NCBI RefSeq assembly: GCF_018977255.1
Contig: NW_024704743.1
Coordinates: forward strand, 78,556,001-78,620,000
Source: Callorhinchus milii
Taxonomy: Eukaryota
Direction of reading: 5' to 3'
Length of the DNA: 64,000 nt
Under the pieces are notes generated by a model that did no database searches, had not been told where the DNA came from, and worked only from the letters and a program-made list of their open reading frames with translations. Shown here one piece after another: positions 1 through 13,629 of the stretch (the stretch's first letter is position 1; every line of letters starts with the position of its first letter). A program made the position numbers and the translations under genes.

Positions 1-568
1 GTAGGCGGGATCTCCTTGCAGCTGAGCTATACTGCCTCCAATGTTACATGTTTGGCAACAGAATGTCGGAATCAAACCAACCATACGTTGTGGTCTCAGC
101 AGTCCATTTCTGAGCCAGGCAGGTCCACAGTACTCCAGGGCACTGCTAATGGCTGATGAAAGATGATTGAGCACATTACTGCTCTTATGACAAAAGATAG
201 TTAATATTTTCTGGAAGACACCCACTGCTTACAGCACATTTTTCTATTTAATGCAACAGGATTTGATGGAATTAATGGCATGATTTCTGTGAGTAATGAT
301 CTCCTGGAAATAAACTACAATTAATTGGCAAGTTTATAGCAATAAGCAGTTGATGAATTGTGTGAGACAGTGCATATTAGATGATAATCCTTGCATATAA
401 GATACAGTATGTCGGAAACCAACATTGCAGATATGAGCAGCTGGTTACTCGTAAATTATTTTTTGGTTAAAGGGAGTTGTCTGGTGTCACAAGATTGGTT
501 TGGGTGAAAAACATTTTTAAATGTTGCTGAATATACAAATTGTAATGAATATTTGTTTTATTTTGAAG

Positions 569-643
569 GTTAGAGAAGAAAAACTCTGCTTTGTTAGCAG
601 CTTTAAACAAGAAACGCACCAAAAAGTTAGCGCATAAAGAGAG
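569..643 (+). CDS. Coiled-coil gene exon ([24 protein letters not shown])
   Basis: ttttgaag acceptor, AG|GTATTA donor, 75 nt, phase 2->2; paralogous to 11802-11876. Confidence 0.8.
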
Positions 644-3600
644 GTATTATCCTATTTATTAAGCTGACCATCTCGTCTAAAGCATTTTTGTCACATATTT
701 ATGGTTGATGAGATATTTAACAAATCATTTAACAAGACTAGGAATATCTGTAGTTAATTTTGAAGGCTTATGGTATTAATATATTTCTGAGGCTTTTTGT
801 ATCATGGTTCTCTCTACAGCTTATCCGTTGATGTAAAAAATGCATAATAAACATTAAGGCAAAATAATTTGCATTGTTATTAAAGCTTTTGTTAAACAAA
901 TCTGAACCAACAGATTGCTCCCAATTCTGAAATAGAAGAGTGTGATTAGACTGTAAATGACTGTCTGTAGACTCTGATTGTTAGGCCCATTCTTTGCGAG
1001 GCAGTAAGTGCATTGACATCATGGAATCAGTTGTGGGTGTAAGAGACAGCTCCATAATTGAATCCTGTCGTGTAGTGGTTCGAGCACTCGCCTCACAATC
1101 GCGAGAATCTGGGTTCAATTTCCCGGGCAGGGCAAGTTTCCTTACTCTACACGCCACTGTTTACCTAGCAGTAAGTAGGAACCCAGTTGTTAGTCGATTG
1201 GTGGATCACTTTCTGGGGGTAATAATTCCATTAAAAAAAATTTAAAGAATAATCTTAAAAAAATAATTTAGTCACTATAATTTAGCCTGATTGTTTGTGG
1301 GACACTGCTGTGCACGATTGGCTGCAGTGTTTTGCCCACAAAATAAACAGTCAATTTACTTTACAGTATATTCGGTGAAGAGCTTTGAGACGTCTCGAAG
1401 ACGTGCCCCTCATTTACTATTAGATTCATATTGGCTGGTAGTGTATTTTTGGAAAGTTTTCAGCAGTAATCTGATTTTAAAACAGCATAATTCTTTTATA
1501 ATAATGGTGCTGAGCTGTGCTAATCCAACCTTGTTCCTGGCTGTGTGATTAAGAGCAGTTAGGGAAAGCAGTGAGGCACAGACCCTTTGGAGCATAACTT
1601 CAATGCAATGTCTAGGGGGGATTTTCAGCATTTGTTGTTACAGTAATAATAAACATCTGCAGGTCCAAGATTGCCTTGCTGTCATTAATCAAATATTTAA
1701 TTTTACATGTAGCAAGTCTTCAGGGTCCTTGAGTGACAGCAGTAGGATGGGTGGAATGTTTTGTGGTTCCATTGCTGAACAAAACAACCACAATGAGGTG
1801 AACACTTGCACTGCCAAAGGTGAGACTTTCATAGTAGTGCATTAATGCTGAATTTTCATGCTTGGCACTGTCATAGATATACATTTCTAGAATCTCAGTG
1901 GATTTACTTGGTGAGAAGGAAATGGTTAGAAACCTTTCTCAGTAGATTAAATGTCTTGGGTAGAATGCAACATAAAGCAAATCATACATGATCTGTGGAT
2001 CATATATTGATCTGTGGTTCAGATTGGCTAAATGGATATTCCTCATTGATATTTTCAAATGGCAGAATTTATCTTGTGGATTTAGATTTGAATTCAATTT
2101 ATTTTTAAACATTTGTGTTCAGACCTTGGTGGACGCACACAAAGGTAGGCTTGGAGTAATAATAAAATGTCGATATTTTGAAGCTCTCCATATTCGTGAT
2201 ATTCTGGAATTCCGCTTGGGCACCGACATTGACTGTTGAGGGAACAGACATTAAAAAGTATAATAGTTTGTGAATAATACTAGGCATGAATTTAATGTTA
2301 TGTACCCTTCTGTCACCTCAGTCCCTTTACATCTTACAGCCTGACCTTAAGTTTGCTTTCTTTCTCACTTATGTTCAAGCTCTGGACAGTGCAGATTGCC
2401 TGTGAAGTGTTAAGTTGTGGGTACCTGAATCTGCAACCAGGATCTGTTTGAAAGCATTTCTCAAAAGGGCTTTATGAATGAAGCTGAGGTTGTGGTCATC
2501 TCTTCGTATTCTCAATGTGTTGAGAAAATGATTTAAATAATTGTATTCTATAAGAGTTTCTGATGTGAGCAGGAGCATGGAACTCTATATGTGATTGATA
2601 AACAAATTGTAAGGTATCTGAATTTAGCAATAACATACCCAGAGATGAAGCATTGACATTTAGGTTATGTGTTACTATTGTTGTCATTACTAGATTATCT
2701 GATCCAAAGTTGATTTCCTTCTTCTCGGTGTGGGGGCAAAGAGTCCTCATGAAGACTAAGACTTTATTTTAGTCAGACTATCAACAAAAGGTTTCTTTCT
2801 AACAGATGCAGTTTCTGAAATACTATTTTGCAGGCACTTGTGAACAGTTGAGAGTAGGAAATGAAGAGAGTCAGAAACAAAGCCAGGATATGGATAATTT
2901 TGAATCCGAGGAGGGTGCCTGCAGCCTATATCAGCTAGAAAACATTTGTCAGCCGGACATTGGGTCAAATAGCAACACGAGGGATGAAGTAACAGATGAA
3001 TTTGAAACCATCAACACAGGTTCAGAGATATCACAGGTAATTTCCTTCATGGATTGTCACAAAGGTGGACTTTGGTACCAATAAAATCAAAATGTTTTGA
3101 TATTTTGAAACTCTCTGTTTTTTGAAAGACTGTGATTCTTAGACGGTGATTTTAGTTTTGATTTCTGACTTTAAAGAGTGAGAGCAGTTACAGAGAGTTG
3201 ACCATGACTTATCCAGAATTCACTAGTTGCAACTCATTTTAAGACTCCTGCAATCTAGAACCCTTTAGAATGGATCATTGTGCACAATAAAGATCGCACA
3301 TTGGTTCAATGAAAAAGGCTCTTTAGCCATCGGATCTCATCCCTCCAGAACAATCATCCTAGTCGTGGACTGAGTGACCAAATTACTATTTTATTTATTA
3401 TTTTTCTTTTTTGAAGGGATTATTACACCCAGAAAGCGATCCACCAATTGACTAACAACTGGGTTCCTACTTACCTACAAGTAAACAGAGACTTGTAGAG
3501 TAAGGAAACTTGCCTGGTAGTTGAACCCATGTCCTCTCACTTGTGAGGCGAGTGCTCTAACTATGCTACAGGATTTTTTAAATGAGTTCTGGCCTCAACC

Positions 3601-6600
3601 ATCCTTGCTGCAACTTGGTATAATTCTTAATTATCTTCTGGATAAAGAAAATTTTGAACCATTAGACCAAAATACAGAACATTCGGCTCACCATATCTTG
3701 AAACAGCAATCCAATTAATCCCATCTGCCTACCATTTCCCCATAGTCCTGCAAATTGCTTCTTTTTAGATAGTTACCTGATTTTCTCTTGAAATCTGTGG
3801 AATCTGCCTCAACCACTGCTCCTGGCAGGGCTTTTCACAAACTAGCAACTCTTAGCAACTGCCCATGCAATGAAGTAGTTCTGTGTACAAAATGACAATT
3901 TGTATAAACTAAACAATTTAACAAAAACATTTTCAGTACAACTGTATTTTCTGTAATGCCCTGCTTACCATATTGAGTATTCTTGCTCTGTGGGTGCTCA
4001 GTTGGTTTACGTTTGTGTCTAATATTTGTCTCCAGTTGTGAAATAGTTAACAGAGGGAGCTAATACATCAAATCATTGAGTGAGATATCTGCACTGTGAA
4101 TTAATTTGATTGGTAACAGAATTTTGCAAATTAAGTGGATCCATTTCTCAGTTGGCAAATGGTGGGATCATGGAAATCTCAAGCAGAAGAAAACTAGTGA
4201 ATGGACAATATTGTGTGCTGTAAAATTTGATGATATTCTGCAGTTTTGTTCTGTTCATTTTGACAAGGACAGAAAGAAACTTGGCAAAACAATTAATTTC
4301 CTCAGGACAAATCTTTGTTTCCTTTTAAATTCAGGAAGAAGTAGACAATAAGGATGTCAAAGAAGAAAAGGGGATCACAGATTTCAATGCCAGTAGTTGT
4401 GGTAAGGACAGGAATGAAGAATTCATTGAAAGTCAGCACACTGCAGTGTTTCATATTTATATTTGCACAGACAAACACAGACAGAAATACACTTACTGCG
4501 ATTGATATTGTCATTAGCACCAATATTTAATTTAAGAATCACACAATTGCAGCATAATTTTTATTTTGAGTATTTATGTAGCAGCTAAGGGAGTTGTTAA
4601 AATCATTTATTTTTAGTGGCAGTGACTTTGTATGAAGATTTTTTTGCAGGTGCAAAATGCATGTGCGTTTTGTGCACCTGTAACATGACGTTTTGTCACT
4701 TAGCTCTAGCTTTATGCTGGACTGTTGAAGTCAGCAGTGTCAGTACACAAATTACAAACTTCTGAAATAATAATCACTGTGCAATCATGAATATCATCAG
4801 AAAGAATGCATTGAGAAGATATTTTATGATTGAGGGTGGTTTGATATAGTGGCTTTTCTTGACATGAAAGGCCCTATTACAAATGCAAGGATTACTAATA
4901 TTATATAACAATCTCAGAAAGTAATGTCATAAAAATAGGATTCTACTGAAATTTAGCATTCATTTATTAGATATGCCAATACAGCAATAGCAAAACTTGT
5001 ATTTACATAGTGCTTTTAATACTGGAGAGCATCTCGGAGTTCTGGATGGAGATTAGATAGAAATAAACAAGACCCTTTATTGAGCATTGCAACAGGGCTA
5101 TTCCAAAATATGCACTGATCTTATTGACTTACAAAGCAAATAATGAATGAGCCTTACTTTTTTTTATGATACACATTAAGTTATATATCAATGCATTTAA
5201 GAGCAAATTTGATGCATGTATGAGGGAGAAGGGAGTAGAGCATATAGGAGAGAGGAATGGAGGCCTGTGCAGAGTTTGAAGAGCAGCATGGTCTAGTTGG
5301 ATTGAATGGCTTGTTTCTGTGCTGTATCTTCATTCACCTACAAAGTACATACTCACTGCACTTTACACGATATCCTGTGAAGCACTATAAAATGTCCGCC
5401 CAACGAAAGAGGCCCATATCCAATTGAAGGATTACTATATTCTAAGTAATTGTATATAATTTGAGCTTTCACAAAGATGTCTTGTGGAAGGATTTAGGTC
5501 TGTGCTAAGATTGTGTACTTTTTAAAGACTAACTGGATCCAATTGATACCAGTATGAAATCTCATGCTGTTGGGAAATCCAGATCACTAAAATGTTCTGA
5601 TTTTTATTTTCAGATACGGATAGTGAAGAATCTGTACCAAAGCAAGAGAGCCTCGGCCTGGACAAGAAAGTACCTGGTGGTGTTGAAGACAAGGTCAGCT
5701 GAAAACATTCTTTCATCAATATTATTTACTTCTATTGGTTCGTCCTATAATATAATTATTTAGATTCAAAATTCCTGTCTAGGATTTGGAGCTGGTGCAC
5801 TCTGACTTACCTACCGATGGAGGCTCTGAGAAAACAGACTTGGCCAATTCTACCTGTGTCCAGAGGACTTCTCAGCTGCTCTCCAAAGTTGACCTGCTGC
5901 TTTCTTCATTGGAAGGAATGATTGAGGGTCAGGTAATTCAAAATGTTCGAATGTGATCAATTTACTATATTCGTGATTTCAGCACAATACTTAAACCTCG
6001 ATCGAAACAGAATATCATCCAGCATAAGCCATTTGGTGTCTGCCTGCAAAAGCAGGTTAAAGTAGCAGTAGGATAAGAAACAGCAAGCTGGTCCTACTAC
6101 TGCCCCAGAGAATCTGAGAGCCACCTACATTTCTACAGAAGCTTCTGAAGAGATCTTTCATCTTCAATGACAATGCTGTAAATTTAAGTGTGCATTCAAT
6201 ATTTAGAGCATTGAATATACACAGACGTGCATGTGACAAACACCCACCCACCACCTCACCTCACTTCCAATAGCAAAGTCCATGAGGCTGGGCCTGTGTG
6301 ATTGGATTTCTGATTTGCAGATCACACAGCCTTCATCTGACAGCAACAAATAAATACATGTAGCAGGAAAGCAGAAAAGAAGCAATGAATGGCAAACCAT
6401 AATAATAATAATCCTTGCATTTGATATAGCGCTTTTTTACGCCATTGAGATGTTTCAAAAGGCTTCACAGAATATACTGTAAAGTGGAGTGACTGTATTT
6501 TGTGGGCAAATCAAAACATAACAAATCATAAAATCATAACAAAAATCATATAGTGCAACCCCAATGCCAAGACCTCAATGTCTCTAAAAAATGTTTCCTA

Positions 6601-9600
6601 CCACATGTGTTCTCTGTGTAGAACAATGTACAACAATGTACAGCCAACCGCACCCAAACTATTCGGAGCCCACATGTTGTATATATATATTATAAAAGGT
6701 GCCTTTATAGAAGATTGAGAAAGCAATAAAGATTGAAATTGGCTATGGATGTCTTGTGTGGAGGAACGGCATAATAATTTTACCTATTTCCTCAATTAAA
6801 ATAAAATGAATAAATCGGTGCCTGTTTTACAGGAGGTGAAAACACAAGAACCAGGCTCCGTGGTAGGTAGTAGACTTACTGAAGATAACCTTCAGATACA
6901 AACTGCTAAATTGAGTAAACGAAAACAGGAGCACAGTCACCAGGTAAGAACATACATTAGTGTCAGGCTCACTCTGGGCTTGTTTGCATCTGTGGCATTT
7001 GTCCAAAGGATGATTTATGTGTTTCCCAGAGCCTCTTCAGTTCTCCTCTAACAATCCTATTACATTAGGCATAAAATACTTCCTAACACAAACCTGTCAT
7101 TTAGATATAATCCTGTGATACCAACTGAAAAATAAGCTTTACAGCCATTTTTAGTTGAAGTTGAAGGAAAATAGTTCAATTCTTGCATACAAGTCAGTTT
7201 GATTTTTAAAGCAGAATATAAATATATAAATATTCTGTTTTTCGATATCTTGCACTAGCACAGAAGAATAATTAACAAAAACTATTTGCTTTTGCTATTG
7301 ATTTATTCTATTACCCCATCCTTATTCATCTCTTTTCCTCCCAGCTCCACCTCTTGCCCCTCTACTCACAGACATCATAAATGTCTCCTTGTCCACTGGT
7401 ACTGTTCCCACCCCATTACAAATGGCCGTTATCACTCCTATCCTTAAAAAACCCTCCCTGGACCCATCTCTACTCTCAAATTACCACCCCATCTCCAACC
7501 TCCATTTCCTCTCCAAGGTCCTGGAACGAGTCGTTGCTTCCCAGCTTCGCTCCTTCCTCTCCTGCGACTCCCTTCACAAACCCCTCCAATCAGATTTCTG
7601 TGCCGCCCACAGCACAGAAACAGCCCTGGTCAAAGTGACAAATGACGTTCTGTGCATCTGCAACCAGGGCTCCCTCTGCCTCCTCAACCTCTCTGCTGCC
7701 TTCGACACCGTCAACCAATCTATCCTCAGTCACTGCCTCTCCTCTCACCAGAACCTTCACAGCTCTGTCCTTGACTGGTTCAGTTCGTACCTCTCACACC
7801 GCTTCCACTTCATCTCCACACACGGTTTCTCCTCTAGCCTCCGCCATCTCGTGCAGCGCTCCTCAGGGCTCTGTCCTTGGTCCCCTCCTCTTCAATATCT
7901 ACATGCTCCCTCTTGGTGACATCATCCGAAGACATGAGGTCAGCTTCCACATGTATGCGGATGACACCCAACTCTACCTCTCTGCCTCCACCCTTGACTC
8001 CAGGACCACTGCTATCCTGACAGAATGTTTGTCAGACATCAAGATCTGAATAAGAGCTAACTTTCTACAGCTGAATATCAACAAGACCAAGGCCCTCCTG
8101 ATCGGCTCCTGTAAGCGCCTCCTCCACTCAGGCGCTGACAGCATCACCATCCATGGATGCACACTCCACCTTGCTAAGCCAGTCCAGAACCTGGGGTCTT
8201 GTTTGACCCTGAACTATCCTTTCTACCCCACATCTGTGAGATGACCCACTCTGCCTTCCCCACCTCTGCAACATCGGCCATTGTCTCACTCCACAGGCTG
8301 CCAAAACCCTCATAAACGTTTTCATTACATCGAGGTTTAACTATGCAAACTCTTTGATTATCAGCCTCCCCAACTCCTCCCTCCATAGGCTACAGATCAT
8401 CCAGAACTCTGCAGTCGGTGTCCTCTCTCGCACAAGACTCCCTGACCCTATCACCCCCATCCTCGCCCAACTCCACTGACTTCCCATCACTCAGAAGATA
8501 TAGTTCAAGATCCCGGTCCTCATCTTCAAATCCATCCATGATCTTGCGCCCTCCTACCGGTCCCACCTGCTAATTCCCCTACCATCCTGCTCGCTCCCTA
8601 CACTCAGCAGGCCCCAGCCTGTTTCATGTCCCCCGCCACGCTCGCCCCACTGTTGGGATGTCAGGAGAAACATTCCTTTTCTTTTTGAATGGAGCACTAA
8701 TCTTTAATATTGAACTCAAAAGACCAGAGTCTCATCCAAAAAACAATATCTTCAACAATGCCGTTGGTACTCAACGAATGCAGTCAGCCTAGACTGTAGC
8801 CTTTGAGTATAGATTGTATGGTTTGAAGTCCCCGCAACCTTCTGACTAGAGTCAAGAGTGGACTGAGTTCACATTTAAATCCCTCCATGGTCTCCTTCCA
8901 TCCAACTTCTGTGACCTCCTGCAACTCGACTTACCTGGTCACTCGCCTAGCTCAGCTAACGTAGGCCTGCTTCATGCCCCTACCAGATCTGCCTCACCAT
9001 CAGTGGACAGACTATCAGCCATTTTGTGCCCGCTCTCTGGAACTCCATCCCAGAGTCCCTCCACCACAACCCACCCCCTCCCTCCTTATGAAGCCCACCT
9101 TAAGACCCATCTCTTTCTGCGCTTTCAGTCATCTTCCTTTCCCTCTCCCCATCCCTGCCATCCCGTCATCTTCAGCTCTCCCAAATCAGATGCACAATCA
9201 GCTGTATGAAGCATGGCCTTCTGAGATGGCCTCCCACATAAAGATGCTATATAAAGTGTTGTTGTAAATTGTTGCTATTTATTATATATTATATATAATA
9301 TATATAATAAAGCAGGGAATTCTATTCAATTTAAAGGCAGACACAGTGAAGAAATCTCAGGAGTTTAAGTTGCTTACAGCAGAAAATGTAGAGCTTCATG
9401 AACATTTGGATGAATTCAAAAACAAGGTATGTAGCACATTACACCCTGTCAGAGTGCCTCTGAGTATTGCACAGCCAGGTGCTTCCAGCTTCCCACCCGG
9501 AAACCTGCTGACTTCCAGGTTATCAGATCAGTGCTCACTTCCTATGTATTGCACCGAGGAAGCACCTCTGATGTCATTTCCGTTGCATTAAAACCCCGCT

Positions 9601-12600
9601 GAAGGAACTGACAACAGCAGTGGATTACTATTGTTTACAGTATATTTACTGGCCTTTTGGCATGTGTATTTAAGATATAATAGGATTTCTCATTATAACT
9701 GCTTACCGTCAATAGTCAGTAAGTTTACTGAAGGGAAAATGTACATGAACAGTTCCCTCAATGAGTTTTCATGGAAGTCTCCTCCCCTTCCACATTTCCA
9801 TCTGGCAAATCTCTACAGCAGAACACTGACCAAATGTGAAATGATTGCTGTGGACTCAGATACCTCTAAGGTATGGATGAAGAAAGCAAGCTGCTGCAAC
9901 AAAAACATGAAATTAACATCCTAACTATTATAATAGTTAGTTCTCCTTCATTTGTCTTCAAGAAAACTGACTCAACAATGGTCATCTTTTCCAGCTGCAA
10001 AACCGGTTGGGGTTTTCCTTGTTCAACAAATTATGTTGTTCTCTATCTACCAAGTACTGTAGCACACATATTTTCCCAGAGTATTTTCTACTGTTTATAG
10101 GTCACCTGTCAAAGTGATTTATTCTCCTCTCTCTCTGCTTTTAAAAAAGAACAGTAGCAAATAATCCGAGGTACAGTACATTTCAGAAGAGGGTCACATT
10201 CAGACATGAAGCATCATTAAGGGTTGAATTACTCTCCATGCACCTTAGACAACCCAAGACTAAATGCAAAGATAACTTTAGATAGATGACTGGATGTTCA
10301 TACGAGACAAATTGCAGTTTTCCATCCTTAGAACCATAACAATAACTTGCATTTATATATCGCTCTTCACGAGAGGTAGCTTCCCAGAGCGCCTTGCCTA
10401 GAACCATGGACGTCTATCACACAGTAGAAGCCAATTTCCCCCATTATATTAGTGTCTATTTGCTTTTCCAACAAAGTTCCTAGTTCCAATTACCTGCTGT
10501 TTCCGTTACCCTCTAGTACCCTCAATAGTTGAGAAACTATTTCCACTGGCAGGTGAGTCAGTAACCTGAGGACACCGATTTCAAATAGTTGTTAAAAGGG
10601 GGGAGGTGAGGAGAAATTTTTTCACACAGAGAGTTGTTTAGATCTGAAATGCATTGCTTAAAAGGGTGGTGGAAACTGATTCAATAACAACTTTTATTGG
10701 GACGCCTTGGGATGTGAAATGCGCTCTATAAATGGAATCTTGTTGTTTAAGAGAAGTAGATAAAGAAGTAGATAATTATTTGGGGAGGACAAGTTTGCAG
10801 GGCTATGGGGGGAGAGTCAGGGGAGTGGGATTGATTTGGATAGCTCTTTTCAAAGAGCCGGCGCAGACAGAATGGGCTGAATGGCCTCCTTCTGTGCTGT
10901 ATGATTCTTGTACTCTTCTTCTCTACTTGCTTATCTCATTCCCTTTTAAAGGAGGAGAATTTTGTTGAGCTATCTAATACCTGTTCATTGATAAATGTGC
11001 TTTTGTTTTTAAACAGATTGATGGGTTGAATAAAATAATCCAGTTTGCTGACCAGAGACTCGAGATGTTTCATTTGCAGATTATGAGGTAACCGTAATAC
11101 TATGCTTAACAAAAGAAATAAAGAAAAATAGAAGTTATTCTGTTCAGGCTTGATATTAACATAGCAATGACATCCCCCAATGTATTCCACAGAGCGATCC
11201 TGGACTTTAAAAAGTTGGGACAAACTGAATTTAATAGTCAGAACTCAAGGAATTTTAAAAAGGGGAAATCAGAACTTATTACTTAATTTTCAAATACTGC
11301 GGAGCACTCTTATAATAGTCCATAAAATCCCAATCAATACCGTAATCTGGTGCAATTGCTGGTCGGTGCCTCCGAATTCACTGCACGTGCATGCAGAAAG
11401 ACAGCCGGCTCCATCAGAGCTTCAAAATGCCCACCAGGTTCCAGGTCATCAGGTTGACATTACCATTACTGTGCAATGACCTGAAATTTGGCCTTTTTTA
11501 GTGTTTGGGAGCAGTGAAATTGCCCATCCATATCAGCTCTGAACAACATTTGCTGCTTATCACTCTGAAATGCAGTATAGCGTGCAATCCAAGCAGAGTT
11601 TATTCTATTGACTGAATGAGCAGCTAACCAAGTCAAAATTAAGACTGATTTATGAAGGGCTCAGGATTAGGAAAACAACAGTTTGCATTTTATAGTACCT
11701 TTCACATACAGGAATACCTCAGATTACTTACGAGTGCTTTGATTGAAAAAGTGACTGAAAAATGTAAAGTTTAATAAAATATCCATTTGTTTCAACTGAA
11801 GGTTAGAGACAAAGAACTCTGCATTGATAGCTGCTTTAAATAAGAAATCCCGAAAGAAGAATAAGGCGACACAGAGGTACCTTGCTTTGCTTTACATTTG
11901 TAAACATATCTCACATTTAACACTTCCTATTAACAATTTTAAAAAAGTGATTTATTATATTAAACATAATCAGAGGGACTCAAATCCCTGTTTTAAAAGA
12001 GCAAAAAAGCCCCTGGAAATCTAGGTTTGGACAGGGAGTGTGTTAAATGCCATGTTATGCCAACAGAGGGCAAGGTTGACTTAAATGTTTCAATTCACCA
12101 CAAGCACCAGGCAAGGTGGTCAACACAAAATAAATCCACATGGCTCATATACAGCCTAGTAGTAAAGCATCAACCCAAAGCATTTTAAAAATAATTAGTA
12201 ATAACAGTAGTCATAATCTGACCCAATATTTTTCCCTTAGGTTCATCAGTACAAGCGTGAAATTCCACCTGGGATTTACTCTGTTTATTTAGCATTCCAC
12301 AGCATGGAATGTTGGATTGGCTAATGATTGAATTTAGTGTTATTAATCAAGTTTTCTGCAGAATTTACAAAAAACAATTTAAAAATTAAGATGGTATTTA
12401 AGAATTTACCAAATTCTGGGTGTTCTGAAATGTATCAATGCAAAACTGTAGAATGACAACCAGAATGGCACACAGTACTTCAAATGTGGTCTAACCAAGG
12501 TTTTCATTTACATTAAACATTATACTTTCTTACTTTCACACTACTGTTCTGGACATAAAGCCTATGACTTCATTTGCAACCTTCATGGCCTATTTGCCTG

Positions 12601-13104
12601 TGTTAGAGCAACATTTAGAGTCTTGTGAAATCTGAATTCACAGATCTTTTTGCTTCCCTATCTCTCTTTGGCTCTACTTACTTTCTCAGCTCTTAGCAAT
12701 AAAACCAGCGGATGGTTGAGTTAAGCTTCTTTATCACAGGTATAAATTGTTCCTGGATCCCCAAGGCTAGTATGTCCTTCCGAAAGTTGGGCTCTCAAAA
12801 TTGAACACAATACTTCCCTGTCCATTCTTGAAGTTTGAATCATATTGATTGGCACTGAGCTTTTTTNAAAAATAAATCTACATTTGATATGAGTCAAGAA
12901 TGTATAGATGCTGTGAGGTGATTTTTCATAGTGCTTGTGTTGATGGCCAGGTTTGATGATGAGGTGGCTATCAAATAACTTCTCTCAACTCTGCACAATT
13001 TATCTTCTGTTTGCAGACAAGACATCAACGACCACAGGGCAACAGAGGAATGTCAACATTGCATAACTGCAAAACCCGCAAAGCAAAGGCTGCTAGCGGA
13101 CTGA
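569..13104 (+). CDS. Spliced gene model, 3' portion of an unidentified acidic/coiled-coil protein (5' end lies outside the window)
   Basis: 11 GT-AG exons with consistent phases and no stop: 569-643, 1713-1819, 2834-3036, 4335-4401, 5614-5693, 5783-5932, 6833-6943, 9337-9426, 11017-11087, 11802-11876, 13017-13104 (TGA). AATAAA at 13228-13233. Heptad-like [26 protein letters not shown]...[15 protein letters not shown]. Confidence 0.82.
1060..1405 (+). mobile_element. tRNA-derived SINE, long subtype
   Basis: tRNA-like head plus extra central block GTTTACCTAGCAGTAAGTAGGAACCC. Confidence 0.85.
1713..1819 (+). CDS. Coiled-coil gene exon ([14 protein letters not shown]...NTCTAK)
   Basis: AAG|GTGAGA donor; 107 nt, phase 2->1. 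Confidence 0.7.
2834..3036 (+). CDS. Coiled-coil gene exon, acidic ([14 protein letters not shown]...GSEISQ)
   Basis: tattttgcag acceptor, CAG|GTAATT donor; 203 nt, phase 1->0. Confidence 0.8.
3270..3575 (-). mobile_element. tRNA-derived SINE, long subtype (degraded)
   Basis: Reverse complement of head and central block. Confidence 0.75.
4335..4401 (+). CDS. Coiled-coil gene exon ([22 protein letters not shown])
   Basis: GT-AG (GTAAGG donor); 67 nt, phase 0->1. Confidence 0.78.
5614..5693 (+). CDS. Coiled-coil gene exon ([27 protein letters not shown])
   Basis: tttttattttcag acceptor; 80 nt, phase 1->0. Confidence 0.8.
5783..5932 (+). CDS. Coiled-coil gene exon ([10 protein letters not shown]...[12 protein letters not shown])
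   Basis: GT-AG; 150 nt, phase 0->0; follows an 89-nt intron. Confidence 0.8.
6833..6943 (+). CDS. Coiled-coil gene exon (EVKTQEPG...KRKQEHSHQ)
   Basis: tgttttacag acceptor, CAG|GTAAGA donor; 111 nt, phase 0->0. Confidence 0.85.
7310..8660 (+). mobile_element. L2 LINE RT fragment
   Basis: [37 protein letters not shown]. Confidence 0.93.
9337..9426 (+). CDS. Coiled-coil gene exon ([30 protein letters not shown])
   Basis: AAG|GTATGT donor; 90 nt, phase 0->0. Confidence 0.85.
10520..10910 (+). mobile_element. CR1 3' fragment with a short nested SINE/L2 tail (~10700-10745)
   Basis: Similar to CR1 3' ends at 20110-20420 and 27240-27569. Confidence 0.8.
11017..11087 (+). CDS. Coiled-coil gene exon ([24 protein letters not shown])
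   Basis: ttttgtttttaaacag acceptor; 71 nt, phase 0->2. Confidence 0.85.
11802..11876 (+). CDS. Coiled-coil gene exon ([24 protein letters not shown])
   Basis: 75 nt, phase 2->2; paralogous to 569-643. Confidence 0.85.
13017..13104 (+). CDS. Coiled-coil gene probable last exon ([29 protein letters not shown])
   Basis: tcttctgtttgcag acceptor in phase 2; TGA at 13102-13104; AATAAA at 13228-13233. Confidence 0.7.
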
Positions 13105-13629
13105 TTGAATCACAGTGCGAAGGGAAAGAGCAAATATCTGAGGGAGTTGCTGAGAAAATGCTTTTTGCAAGAATTTAATTTCTCCGTTTAAACCTTAGAG
13201 TATATTAATGTAATGAGTTAATCTAGAAATAAAATTGTTTACTGAACTTTGTATTATGTGGTATATTGTATTAATATGTGAGCTCTAAATTACTCATCTG
13301 TATCTAACCACACAAGGCTGTTTTCCATATGCCCCAAATCCTCACTTCTCAAGTAAAGATAGCCAATTTCACAATTCCCCACCACAAGCAGGTTAAACAA
13401 CAATTTGCACTAATTTAGCACCTTTCAAGTAGAGAGAGTATCTCAAAGAGTTTTACAAAAACAGAATGGGAGCCAGATTGGGCGAGAGGGGGAGATGGTC
13501 CAAGCTGCTTTCAAAAATATAGGGCTTTAGATGGGTTATGGAAAATGAGCGGGAATGGGGGGGTGGAATTCGGAAGAATACTCCAGTGCATTGGGGAAAA
13601 AGATCAATTGCCGATAAGATATATGTCAG

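Noticed and set aside
2122..2143. 22-nt candidate exon in the + strand gene
   Set aside because: Would shift phase 1 to 2, incompatible with the 2834 exon.
10101..10170. Candidate + strand exon with a good acceptor
   Set aside because: In-frame TAG in phase 0, and the model is complete without it.
569..13104. Assigning a CCDC-family gene symbol
   Set aside because: No diagnostic motif recognised; only composition and heptad pattern are visible.
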